Assembly: GCA_036504515.1 (NCBI GenBank) | Contig: DASXVA010000007.1 | Location: forward strand, 100,031-164,030 | Origin: Rhodocyclaceae bacterium | GTDB taxonomy: Bacteria; Pseudomonadota; Gammaproteobacteria; Burkholderiales; Rhodocyclaceae | Direction: 5' to 3' | Length of the DNA stretch: 64,000 bases | Part shown: one piece after another, positions 22,206 through 30,604 of the stretch | How the letters are laid out: each line of letters starts with the position of its first letter | Numbering within the stretch: position 1 is the stretch's first letter | Position numbers and translations under genes: made by a program | Notes under the pieces: generated by a model | The model's input: the letters and a program-made list of their open reading frames with translations, nothing else | What the model was told of the DNA's origin: nothing | Databases searched by the model: none

Positions 22206-23509
22206 GTGTGCCTCTGTTTATTCGTCGAATGAGTACTCGGGATCCTGAGTTTCTTTCTGCGTTGGATCAGTTGCTTGCTTTTGACGACAGTACGGACGAG
22301 GCGATTGAAAAGTCGGTCGCTGACATTATTCGCAACGTACGTCGTTTGGGAGATGTTGCTGTACTCGATTACACCCGTCGGTTCGATAATCGAGATGTGG
22401 CTTCCATGATTGCTCTTGAGCTGCCGAAGGACGAACTTGCCGCGGCATTTTTCAGCTTGCCAGAGGCCCAACGGCAAGCATTGCAAACAGCTGCCGAACG
22501 AGTGCGCAGTTACCACGAGCGTCAAAAGGCTGAGTCCTGGGAATACACGGAGGCAGATGGAACCCGCTTGGGTCAGAAAATCACTCCCCTGGATCGCGTC
22601 GGTTTATACGTGCCCGGAGGTAAGGCTTCATATCCATCCTCGGTGCTGATGAATGCACTACCTGCCAAAGTGGCAGGGGTGGGTGAGCTCATTATGGTGA
22701 CGCCGACACCGCGAGGTGAAAAGAACGCACTAGTTCTTGCTGCTGCCCATCTTGCTGGTGTTGATAGAGTATTCACGATTGGCGGAGCACAAGCTGTTGC
22801 TGCCCTTGCTTATGGCACACAAACTATTCCGCAAGTGGACAAGATTGTTGGGCCAGGGAATGCCTACGTAGCTAGTGCAAAGCGCAGGGTATTTGGTGTT
22901 GTTGGTATTGATATGGTGGCCGGCCCTTCTGAAGTACTGATCATTGCCGATGGCAGTACCAATCCTGACTGGATTGCCATGGACCTATTTGCCCAAGCTG
23001 AGCATGACGAGTTGGCTCAGTCAATCATGTTGTGTCCAGATGCCGGCTACATTGAGCAAGTGATAGCCCGCATTGAAAGGCTGTTACCAACTATGCCACG
23101 CAAGGAAACCATTGCCGCCTCGCTTTCTGGACGTGGAGCTTTGATTCACGTCAGCGACTTGGATGAAGCCTGTGCTGTAGCCAACCGAATTGCACCTGAA
23201 CATTTAGAGTTGTCCGTTGAAAACGCAGAGTCCTTGGTGGATAAGGTTCGCCATGCAGGAGCTATTTTTATCGGTCCCTATGCATCGGAGTCGCTGGGTG
23301 ATTATTGTGCAGGGCCTAATCATGTTTTACCAACATCCCGCAGCGCACGGTTCTCGAGCCCCTTGGGCGTCTACGACTTCCAAAAGCGATCTAGTCTGAT
23401 TGATGTTTCTGCTACAGGTGCCCAATCGCTGGGGACTACCGCATCAACTTTGGCTCATGGGGAGGGGCTGACGGCACATGCAAGAGCCGCCGAACTGCGC
23501 ATGGAGTAG
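22202..23509 (+). CDS. hisD: Histidinol dehydrogenase
   Basis: Overlaps the hisG stop. [19 protein letters not shown] and [19 protein letters not shown] motifs. Confidence 0.93.
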   Translation: MSVPLFIRRMSTRDPEFLSALDQLLAFDDSTDEAIEKSVADIIRNVRRLGDVAVLDYTRRFDNRDVASMIALELPKDELAAAFFSLPEAQRQALQTAAERVRSYHERQKAESWEYTEADGTRLGQKITPLDRVGLYVPGGKASYPSSVLMNALPAKVAGVGELIMVTPTPRGEKNALVLAAAHLAGVDRVFTIGGAQAVAALAYGTQTIPQVDKIVGPGNAYVASAKRRVFGVVGIDMVAGPSEVLIIADGSTNPDWIAMDLFAQAEHDELAQSIMLCPDAGYIEQVIARIERLLPTMPRKETIAASLSGRGALIHVSDLDEACAVANRIAPEHLELSVENAESLVDKVRHAGAIFIGPYASESLGDYCAGPNHVLPTSRSARFSSPLGVYDFQKRSSLIDVSATGAQSLGTTASTLAHGEGLTAHARAAELRME

Positions 23510-23555
23510 TTGGATATTTTCACTCTGTTGAATATTAGATTTTTTGCTTTACATC

Positions 23556-23584
23556 TTGGAATTGGAACAATAAGCCGCTATAAT
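23556..23584 (+). promoter_or_regulatory. Candidate sigma70 promoter for tRNA-Phe
   Basis: TTGGAA (23556-23561), a 17 bp spacer, then TATAAT (23579-23584). The -10 ends 13 nt upstream of the mature tRNA 5' end. Confidence 0.5.
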
Positions 23585-23597
23585 CATTCCCTCTTTT

Positions 23598-23673
23598 GGC
23601 TTGGTAGCTCAGTTGGTAGAGCAGCGGATTGAAAATCCGCGTGTCGGTGGTTCGATTCCGCCCCAAGCCACCA
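23598..23673 (+). tRNA. tRNA-Phe (anticodon GAA), CCA encoded
   Basis: Cloverleaf folded by hand: acceptor GGCTTGG/CCAAGCC, D arm GCTC/GAGC, anticodon arm GCGGA-TTGAAAA-TCCGC, T arm GGTGG-TTCGATT-CCGCC, then A-CCA. Confidence 0.95.
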
Positions 23674-23720
23674 AATAAATACCATTTAGAATCAATAAGT
23701 TCTCAAATGGGTGGGTGGCG

Positions 23721-23746
23721 AAGGGCTTCTGAGGGAGCCCTTTTTC
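23721..23746 (+). terminator. Rho-independent terminator downstream of tRNA-Phe
   Basis: AAGGGCT / AGCCCTT 7 bp stem, 8 nt loop, followed by TTTT. Confidence 0.55.
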
Positions 23747-23954
23747 GTTGGTGTTCTGACGATTTTCTGGCAATTAAGCTGGGAAACCGTTGCGCTACGG
23801 TGCGTTCGACTGCGCATGACTGCGGTTTTCAGAAAAATTTTTCTGATTTTCCGTTGCTGAAGCTATACGTAACTCCACGTTAGAGGGGTTGCTGTTGTGC
23901 TGCGCTATCCCTTTCTCGTCGACATCAGAACAAAGCCACTGGTCATAAAGGTCA

Positions 23955-25163
23955 ATGGAGGCGACCATGGCCAATAAGCCCTATCAGGAAGGGGCGGTCT
24001 GGTCGTTCCGTCTGCGCATCAAAGACCAGTCAATCTATCGCACCGGCTTCGTATCTGCGGATGAGGCGCGCCGTGAAGTTGAACGCTTACGCCAGAAAAT
24101 CCTTGAAGCCGGCAAGCCTAAGCATGCAGGTCCTTGGCGGACGACGCTTGCGCAGGCAATGCAACAGTATGCCCTTGAGCGCTTACCCAGTTTGAAGGGC
24201 GCACGCCAGGAGGCAAATCGCATCAACTGTTACCTGCGCGCCGCCAACCTCGACATCATCAAGATTGCGAAGCCGTTGTCAGAAGCTGCTGTCGTCCCAG
24301 GAATTTACTGGGACGTGAGCCTGGCACCAGGGAAGCAACCACGCAAAATCCCCAACGGTCTCCATGCTCACCGCCGTCGCCAGGAGGACGGCTCCATCGA
24401 AACGCAGCGACTGATCCGCCATTTGGCTAAAACCCCAATGGCCCAGATCATGACTTACCAGGCGCAAGACCTGGTGGACGTCATGCTGCGGGAGGGCTAC
24501 GAGCCGGCGACGATAACTCTGGAGCGAGCGCTACTGCGTCAGATGTTTAACTACGCCCGTAAGACTTGACACTGGGTAGAGCCAGCGCGTAATCCGGCCA
24601 CGCAACTCAAGATGACCACTGTCGACAATGCGAGGGACCGCGTGTTGACGAACAAGGAATGGAGGATGATCAGCAGCGCCATCGAGAAGTCGCTCAATCC
24701 ATACGCAGCGCCGGCAATCGCACTACTGTTGGAAATGGCTATGCGGGTTTCTGAGCCATTGCTGAATGCGGCATGGGCAAATGTCGATTGGAATCGATGC
24801 CTGCTGAGGTTACTTGATGCGAAGGAGGGAGCACGTGACGTCCCGCTCAATCCGGCGGCAATGACCATATTGGCAACACTCAATTTATTGCGTGCGGAAG
24901 GCGATCCGGATCCTCGCATTCTCCCAATCAGCTACGAAGCGTTGAGGGCGGTGTGGAACCGCGTACGCGTAGCTGTCGGTATCGAGGATATTCGCATTCA
25001 CGATCTAGGACACACGGCAGCGACGCGCTTCACGCTTGAGCTCAACGGTAACCTGCCGGTCACTAAAAGTGATCGCCGGACACAAAGTGTATTCTCAGCT
25101 TAGTCGGTTATCAACGTCAAGCCCGAGGATGTGTCGCGCCTGCTTCCATGGTCAGCCCGCTGA
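23955..25163 (+). pseudogene. Tyrosine recombinase (phage/ICE-type integrase), inactivated
   Basis: ORFs 23955-24569 and 24612-25103 share one frame and are split by a single TGA at 24567-24569. Box II reads HDLGHT instead of HDLRHT. The C-terminal integrase-like peptide SLKVIAGHKVYSQLSR is readable only in a shifted frame (about 25060-25107). The original frame resumes with VINVKPEDVSRLL up to the TGA at 25161-25163. Confidence 0.8.
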
Positions 25164-25284
25164 CAGAAGATGACGTACCGCCGGTCTGTATTTGACGCGC
25201 GCAACACTCGTGCCGCCGTCGATGGTGAGACCGACCTGCCCTAAAATGTCGTACCTCTGCGCAGATCAAAGGAGGTAGCCAGCG

Positions 25285-25530
25285 CCGGATGAGAATCTGG
25301 TTAGCGAAGAGGGCGAGGATATTCCGGATCCACCTCGTCAACCAGTCTCCCGCTCCGGCGATGTCTGGCAGCTGGGTCCGCACCGCCCGATCTGTGGTGA
25401 CGAGTGCGACCAGAATGCCATTGCCAGCTTGATGGGGGGGGGCGAGCAGGCCAGCCTGTGCTTCACCTCGTCCCCAAAGGAAATCAGCGCGACCACACCT
25501 CCGGTGGCATTGCCGATTGGGATGGCCTGA
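25285..25530 (+). pseudogene. Fragment of a ParB-N/DNA methyltransferase-type gene (N-terminal part of the methylase domain only)
   Basis: The frame reads PDENLVSEEGEDIPDPPRQPVSRSGDVWQLGPHRPICGDECDQNAIASLMGGGEQASLCFTSSPK. It resembles the GD.W.LG.HRL.CGD...DL.FTDPPY entry of N6/N4 methylases but has a degenerate FTSSPK and no remaining domain. It contains a G9 run at 25434-25442. Confidence 0.5.
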
Positions 25531-26198
25531 TCCACCGCGACAATGATCGTGGGGTCAGCAAGGAACGTCTGTCCAGGGCCTTTGGCGTGAACCTGAGCTC
25601 CATCAACCGGCGCATCAACCTGCTGGAAGGCATTTGCCCGGACGCCATTGCTAGACTGCAGGACAAGCAGTCCCCCCTCCCGGATGTCACTCGGGTGTTG
25701 CGCAACATGAAAGCCGCCCGGCAGGTGAAAGTAGTCGAATTGATGATTGCCAGCAACACCATCACTGTGGCCCATACCGATGCCTTACTGAAAGCCACCA
25801 CACCGGAACAGCGAACCGACTTCAAACCTATCGAACGCGACCGGCAACTGGCGCCGATCGAGCAGATGGTCAAACTGGAAAAGGAAATGAGCCAGGTCCA
25901 GCCCCAGTACAAGGACGCTGAAGAGCACTACGGCTCTGATTTACTGAACTTGGTGGTCGCCAAGGGTTACTTGACAAAGCAGCTCGGCAACGATGCCGTC
26001 AAAAGCTACATCACCCGGCACGAACCCGAAATCCTCGAGCATTTCGAATTGGTGGTGAACGTCGTCAGCATGGAGGAGGCTGTGCTGCAGCAACTGGAAG
26101 CCGACGGCGACGACCAACCCACCTCGGAGATCACCCACCCCGATTCCACAATTGACAATGAAACCGCAGCACCAGGAGACAACGCCGCCACCGAATAG
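25531..26198 (+). pseudogene. ParB/RepB-family (PF07506-like) protein lacking the N-terminal ParB nuclease-like domain
   Basis: RGVSKERLSRAFGVNLSSINRRINLLEGICPDAIARLQDKQ...RNMKAARQVKVVELMIASN matches the HTH and C-terminal parts of the family. Family-like sequence begins only about 25530, abutting the methylase fragment. Confidence 0.55.
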
Positions 26199-26231
26199 AA
26201 AGCCTAAACCAAGTGAGCGATGGAAATGTCA

Positions 26232-26261
26232 TTGCCGCGCCGCAATACCGAGGGGTAAAAT
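26232..26261 (+). promoter_or_regulatory. Candidate promoter of the rfaH-like gene
   Basis: TTGCCG, an 18 bp spacer, then TAAAAT. A strong AGGAGG Shine-Dalgarno lies 6 nt before the ATG at 26288. Confidence 0.3.
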
Positions 26262-26287
26262 GCTAAAGATAACATTAGGAGGTAGCG

Positions 26288-26785
26288 ATGCACTGGTATC
26301 TCGTTCATACCAAGCCCAGGCAGGAAAAGTGCACCCTCGACAACCTTGATCGGCAGGGTTATCAGTGCTACCTGCCGACGATCCCCTCCGAAAAGCTCCG
26401 CCAAGGACTGCTAACCGTTGCGGATGAGCCGCTGTTTCCACGTTACTTGTTCATCCGCCTGGGGCGGGGCGACTCAGCCAAGAGCTGGGCGCCGATCCGC
26501 TCGACCAAGGGAGTCAGCCGTCCGGTCAGCTTTGGGGTCGAACCCGCGCGGGTCGATGATGCTCTGATCGAACTGTTGCGAACACAAGAGGCATCGGTAC
26601 AGATCGAACCGGAGCGACTGTTCAAGACTGGGGAGCGTGTGCGAATGACCGAAGCACCGTTTGCTGGCTTCGAAGGCATCTACCAAATGGGCGATGGCGA
26701 GCGTCGGGTCATGGTGCTGATCGAGATTCTGAGCAAGCCTGTTGCGGTGCGCGTGGCACCGGCCAGTTTGCGCAAGGCAAGTTGA
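26288..26785 (+). CDS. rfaH: RfaH-type NusG paralog (operon-specific transcription antiterminator)
   Basis: A 165 aa protein collinear with E. coli RfaH: HWYLVHTKPRQE, EPLFPRYLFI, TKGVS..V.FG, and the KOW region GERVRMTEAPFAGFEGIY. Confidence 0.88.
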   Translation: MHWYLVHTKPRQEKCTLDNLDRQGYQCYLPTIPSEKLRQGLLTVADEPLFPRYLFIRLGRGDSAKSWAPIRSTKGVSRPVSFGVEPARVDDALIELLRTQEASVQIEPERLFKTGERVRMTEAPFAGFEGIYQMGDGERRVMVLIEILSKPVAVRVAPASLRKAS

Positions 26786-26957
26786 GACGCCTACTCTGGT
26801 TATTTCCTGCTTGGCAAAAAACCTTTCTCAAAGTCATGACGGTGTGGGACAATCGTGTTCATCCGTCGAACTTTGGGCAGTTTCTTTTGCTGCACTTTAT
26901 TGCTCCGGACCCCTTGCTAGAACCGGCTGACCGCGCTTGCTGATCGTGAAACAGCAT

Positions 26958-26969
26958 GGCGGTAGCTTG
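26958..26969 (+). promoter_or_regulatory. ops (operon polarity suppressor)/JUMPStart-like element
   Basis: GGCGGTAGCTTG on the sense strand of the downstream operon. The canonical ops is GGCGGTAGnnTG. It lies 173 bp after the rfaH stop and about 430 bp before the first glycan gene. Confidence 0.7.
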
Positions 26970-27156
26970 CCTAGATTGCTTTGAGTCTCGTATCCCCACT
27001 ACAGAAATTGGCTGGTTTCCAGGAGGAAATCCAGTTCGAAGTCCTGCGGTGTATGCATCAGCGGCCCAGTCAGTCAGCGTACTTTGACAATGGAATTGGG
27101 TGTCGATCTGGGCAGCATCAACTTCTGTCTCCAAGCCTTGGCGGAAAAGGCTACAG

Positions 27157-27389
27157 GAACCCCCTAGCAGCGACAAACTCATTGTAGCCGTGGATTCGCG
27201 CCACTTCCCGTCCATCTGGGTTGAGCCCTGCTGGGCGACTCATCCAAGGCCAGGGGCAAGTTGGGCTGGACGCCAAAGACCACCTTCGACGAACTCGTTG
27301 CCGAAATGGTGCGAGAAGACCTCAAATCCGCCGAGCGTGATGAGCTTATCAAGCTGAACGGCTACAAGGCAATGAATTACCATGAATAG
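27157..27389 (+). pseudogene. gmd: 3' remnant of GDP-mannose 4,6-dehydratase (gmd), frameshifted
   Basis: The frame ending at TAG 27387-27389 reads LGDSSKARGKLGWTPKTTFDELVAEMVREDLKSAERDELIKLNGYKAMNYHE, a typical Gmd C-terminus. The preceding IVAVDSRHF-PS-VE segment is in another frame. No N-terminal part of the gene is present. Confidence 0.75.
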
Positions 27390-27398
27390 AGATTCAGC

Positions 27399-28196
27399 GT
27401 GATGCGTTTGTTTTTTGATGAGCGATTCATCCAGGGTTTTAACCCTGCGACCCGATCCGTGCCTCTTTTGTATTTTTTGTATCTATCTGCAGTACCTTTA
27501 GCCAAGGTATTGATTGTTTGCCGGATAAAACCGAATTCAATCACTACACTGTCTAATTTGACTGCCATAGCGGGGCTAGTCTTTTTGGTTCTGGGGTCTT
27601 CAGCGTGGCTTTTCCCGATGATGTGGATGTTGGCTTTGTTTCTAGATATAGCGGATGGAATTGTTGCCCGAGTAACTGGTCAAGCGTCCGCTCAAGGCAG
27701 TTTTTATGACCATATGTCAGATCAGGTCAAGGTCATTGCCCTCTTCCTTTGTGTGGCACTGCGCTATGACGAGCATGCGGTTTGGATAGTTGCGTTTGCC
27801 GCAAACGGGCTATTCATGTTTTATGGTGTGGTAAATCAGTTCTACTATGCCCGCACGCTCTTGCTTAGTAGGGCTGCCCCTGCGGCTGTTCAGCAATCGG
27901 TGGGGAGTCGGCAGGCCAGTGAAATTTCAAACCAAACAACTGAACGTGGCTTAATCAAGTCTTTTTTTGACAGACATCCATTTGCCAAGAAGTGCGTGCT
28001 TGGAGTCTATGCCAGCCTGTTTGTGATGTATGGAAATTGTATGATTTTGTTGCTGCCAGTCAGCATAGGTTGGGAGTGGGCTATGGCTAGCATGTTACTG
28101 TTTGGCTTGGTGACCTTTCGTTCACTCGTTGAGGTCGTGCGAAATACGATTAAGGTCAACAAGCAGATTGCCCAAGCCAAGATTTCATGGAGATGA
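27399..28196 (+). CDS. CDP-alcohol phosphatidyltransferase family membrane protein
   Basis: Complete family signature D(x2)DG(x2)AR(x8)G(x3)D(x3)D in LDIADGIVARVTGQASAQGSFYDHMSD. Multi-TM protein with visibly lower GC than the downstream genes. Confidence 0.8.
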   Translation: MMRLFFDERFIQGFNPATRSVPLLYFLYLSAVPLAKVLIVCRIKPNSITTLSNLTAIAGLVFLVLGSSAWLFPMMWMLALFLDIADGIVARVTGQASAQGSFYDHMSDQVKVIALFLCVALRYDEHAVWIVAFAANGLFMFYGVVNQFYYARTLLLSRAAPAAVQQSVGSRQASEISNQTTERGLIKSFFDRHPFAKKCVLGVYASLFVMYGNCMILLLPVSIGWEWAMASMLLFGLVTFRSLVEVVRNTIKVNKQIAQAKISWR

Positions 28197-30595
28197 GTGG
28201 CATGGAATCTACCAGTGGATTTTCGTTTGGAACTAAAGCGGCGACCCTTGGCGCGCTTAAAGGGATGCTTAAGCAATCACTAATATGTGATTGCTGTGTA
28301 TTTACGGTGAAAGAGTGGGGAGAGAATAAGCAGGACGTGCTTTCGCGAGTGCGAGCCCAGTTTTCCCCTAACGCGGTGATCGTCCGAAGCAGCGCACTGA
28401 ACGAGGACGATGATGCTTGCACGATGGCTGGCGCCTACCTATCGGTGAAGGATGTTGCCACTGATGACCTGAAGTCTTTAGGCGACGCGATTGAGCAAGT
28501 CATCGCCTCATATGGCGATGGAGCGGGTGATCACGAATGGCATGAGATTCTGGTCCAGCCGATGATCAGTAATGTGTCTATGAGTGGGGTTGTGTTCAGC
28601 CACGACCTTGCGAGCGGGGCGCCTTATTACGTGATCAACTATGACGATGTGTCGGGAAAAACCGATACCGTCACCTCCGGTTCCACAGATACCAGTCGAA
28701 CTCTGCTCGTGCATCGGGCACACGCGGGTCGCATACAGTCGCCGCGTTTTCGCGCCCTATTGAAAAGCGTGCAAGAGATAGAACAGATCGTGAATTCACC
28801 CGGGGTAGACCTTGAGTTCGCGGTGACGAATGCCGGCGAGATATACATATTCCAGGTGCGTCGACTGTCGCTGAGGCAGAACTGGAACCGGGACATTTCC
28901 TACAACATCGATGCGGCGTTGGGATCCATCCAGCGCTTCCTGCAGCAGGAGTTTCGACCCAAGAACGGAGTTTTTGGAGAAAACACAATCTATGGCGAGA
29001 TGCCGGACTGGAACCCGGCGGAAATGATAGGGACAGTTCCGCGCCCGCTGGCGCGCTCGTTGTACCAGAACCTGATTACGGATTCGGTCTGGGCGGAAGC
29101 ACGGGCGGAGATGGGGTATCGAGATTTGTCGGGCCGACCGCTGATGGTTGGGCTGTGCGGGCGGGTTTTCATCGACGTTCGAGAGAGTCTGAACTCGTTC
29201 CTGCCGGCCGACCTGCCTGCGCCTATTGGTGAGAAACTCGCAAATGCTTGGCTGGATCGGCTGCGATCACACCCGGAGCTTCACGACAAAGTGGAATTCG
29301 AGGTCATGGTCACCGCGTTCAGCTTAGACTTTGAGCAACGGCTGGACCTGTCGACGCATGGGTTGGATGCTGCTGAGCGTGCTTGTTTCCGGGACGCCGT
29401 ACGGCGGCTTACCGTGAGCGTGATCACCGGCAAGTCTGGCGACCATGCTCTGCAGCAGCAACGACTGCAGGAACTGGAGCGTCGGCGGAAGGCGTTGCTG
29501 CAGGCGCAGCCAGGAGCGGACCTGTTGATGCAAGTCAATCTGCTGCTCCGCGACTGCCGGGCGCTGGGTACATTGCCATTCGCTATCTTGGCCAGGCATG
29601 GCTTCATCGCGGAAATCATGCTGCGATCTCTCGTGCGTACCGGCGTGCTAGACGAGGAGCGGGCAAGAGCCTTTCGTGCTTCCGTGCCTACGGTACTGAC
29701 GGAATTTCTGCATGCGATCCAGGCCAGCAGCCGGGGCGAGCGCGAGCGGGCCGAATTCATGGCCAAGTATGGCCACCTGCGTCCTGGCACCTACGACATT
29801 CTGGCCAACCGCTATGACCAGCATGGGCAACTGCTGCAAGACGCAGGATGCGATACCAGCGCTGGCCATACCGATGCTTTTGGATTTGAACTGACCACGG
29901 CTGAAGATCGGGCGCTGGCTGATGCGCTCACCAAGGCTGGGCTAGCCTTCGACAACCAGACCCTGCTGGGATTCATGCGCAGGGCGATCGCGGGACGCGA
30001 GCAAGCCAAGCTGATCTTCACGCGCAACGTTAGCGCCGCGCTGGAACTGATCGCGCAATGGGGGGGGCACAACGGGCTGAGTCGCGACGAGTTGTCGTTC
30101 CTAAGTGTCGACCAAATCCTTGACGCTCTGTCTAACGCGCACCGCCTGCCGGATGAGGATCGCCTGCGCGAGATTGCAAAGTCCGCTCGGGCCGACTATG
30201 AAATCAGCCAAGCCATTCGGCTGCCCTACCTGATCAGCTCCGAAGCAGATGTATTTGTTATCCCGTTGCTTAAGAGTCGGGCCAATTTCGTCACCGCCAA
30301 GCGCATCCAGGCGCAGCTGCAATACGTCTCCGACCACGCAGTGCAGGCGTCGCGCTCTGCGCGCAAGGTTGTCCTGATAGAGCGTGCGGATCCTGGCTAC
30401 GACTGGATATTCCTGTCGCCGATCGCGGGGCTGGTGACGAAATACGGGGGCGCGAATTCGCATATGGCGATTCGTTGCGCGGAGCTGAACATACCCGCGG
30501 CGATTGGCTGCGGTGAACAGATGTTCGAGCAATTGCGGCGCTCCAGCGCCGTTCTGCTGGACTGCGCGGCAGCCGTGCTGGTTCCTGTCCGGTGA
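28187..30595 (+). CDS. PEP-utilizing/PPDK-type kinase (ATP-grasp N domain plus C-terminal phosphohistidine swivel domain), Cj1418 L-glutamine kinase-like
   Basis: PPDK_N-like N-terminus FGTKAATLGALKGML and C-terminal mobile His motif GGANSHMAIRCAELNIPAAIGCG. No PEP/pyruvate TIM-barrel domain. 802 aa. Confidence 0.75.
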   Translation: MEMSGMESTSGFSFGTKAATLGALKGMLKQSLICDCCVFTVKEWGENKQDVLSRVRAQFSPNAVIVRSSALNEDDDACTMAGAYLSVKDVATDDLKSLGDAIEQVIASYGDGAGDHEWHEILVQPMISNVSMSGVVFSHDLASGAPYYVINYDDVSGKTDTVTSGSTDTSRTLLVHRAHAGRIQSPRFRALLKSVQEIEQIVNSPGVDLEFAVTNAGEIYIFQVRRLSLRQNWNRDISYNIDAALGSIQRFLQQEFRPKNGVFGENTIYGEMPDWNPAEMIGTVPRPLARSLYQNLITDSVWAEARAEMGYRDLSGRPLMVGLCGRVFIDVRESLNSFLPADLPAPIGEKLANAWLDRLRSHPELHDKVEFEVMVTAFSLDFEQRLDLSTHGLDAAERACFRDAVRRLTVSVITGKSGDHALQQQRLQELERRRKALLQAQPGADLLMQVNLLLRDCRALGTLPFAILARHGFIAEIMLRSLVRTGVLDEERARAFRASVPTVLTEFLHAIQASSRGERERAEFMAKYGHLRPGTYDILANRYDQHGQLLQDAGCDTSAGHTDAFGFELTTAEDRALADALTKAGLAFDNQTLLGFMRRAIAGREQAKLIFTRNVSAALELIAQWGGHNGLSRDELSFLSVDQILDALSNAHRLPDEDRLREIAKSARADYEISQAIRLPYLISSEADVFVIPLLKSRANFVTAKRIQAQLQYVSDHAVQASRSARKVVLIERADPGYDWIFLSPIAGLVTKYGGANSHMAIRCAELNIPAAIGCGEQMFEQLRRSSAVLLDCAAAVLVPVR

Positions 30596-30604
30596 ATAAT
30601 TGAC

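Noticed and set aside
23629-23883. An 84 aa ORF starting inside tRNA-Phe.
   Set aside because: It overlaps the 3' half of the tRNA and its terminator hairpin. It has no ribosome-binding site and no family resemblance.
24567-24569. The in-frame TGA in the integrase as possible selenocysteine or programmed readthrough.
   Set aside because: I saw no obvious downstream hairpin of the SECIS type. The gene also carries a catalytic Arg-to-Gly change and frame disruptions near the catalytic Tyr, so simple decay is the economical explanation.
25117-25383. An 88 aa minus-strand ORF between the integrase tail and the methylase fragment.
   Set aside because: It is antisense to readable remnants of the integrase C-terminus and the methylase linker, is Arg-rich and has no motifs.
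26859-27215. A 118 aa minus-strand ORF in the rfaH-to-operon leader, plus small plus-strand ORFs at 26981-27187 and 27100-27357.
   Set aside because: They overlap the ops element and the frameshifted gmd remnant and show no motifs. ORF 27100-27357 is explained as the out-of-frame part of the gmd pseudogene.
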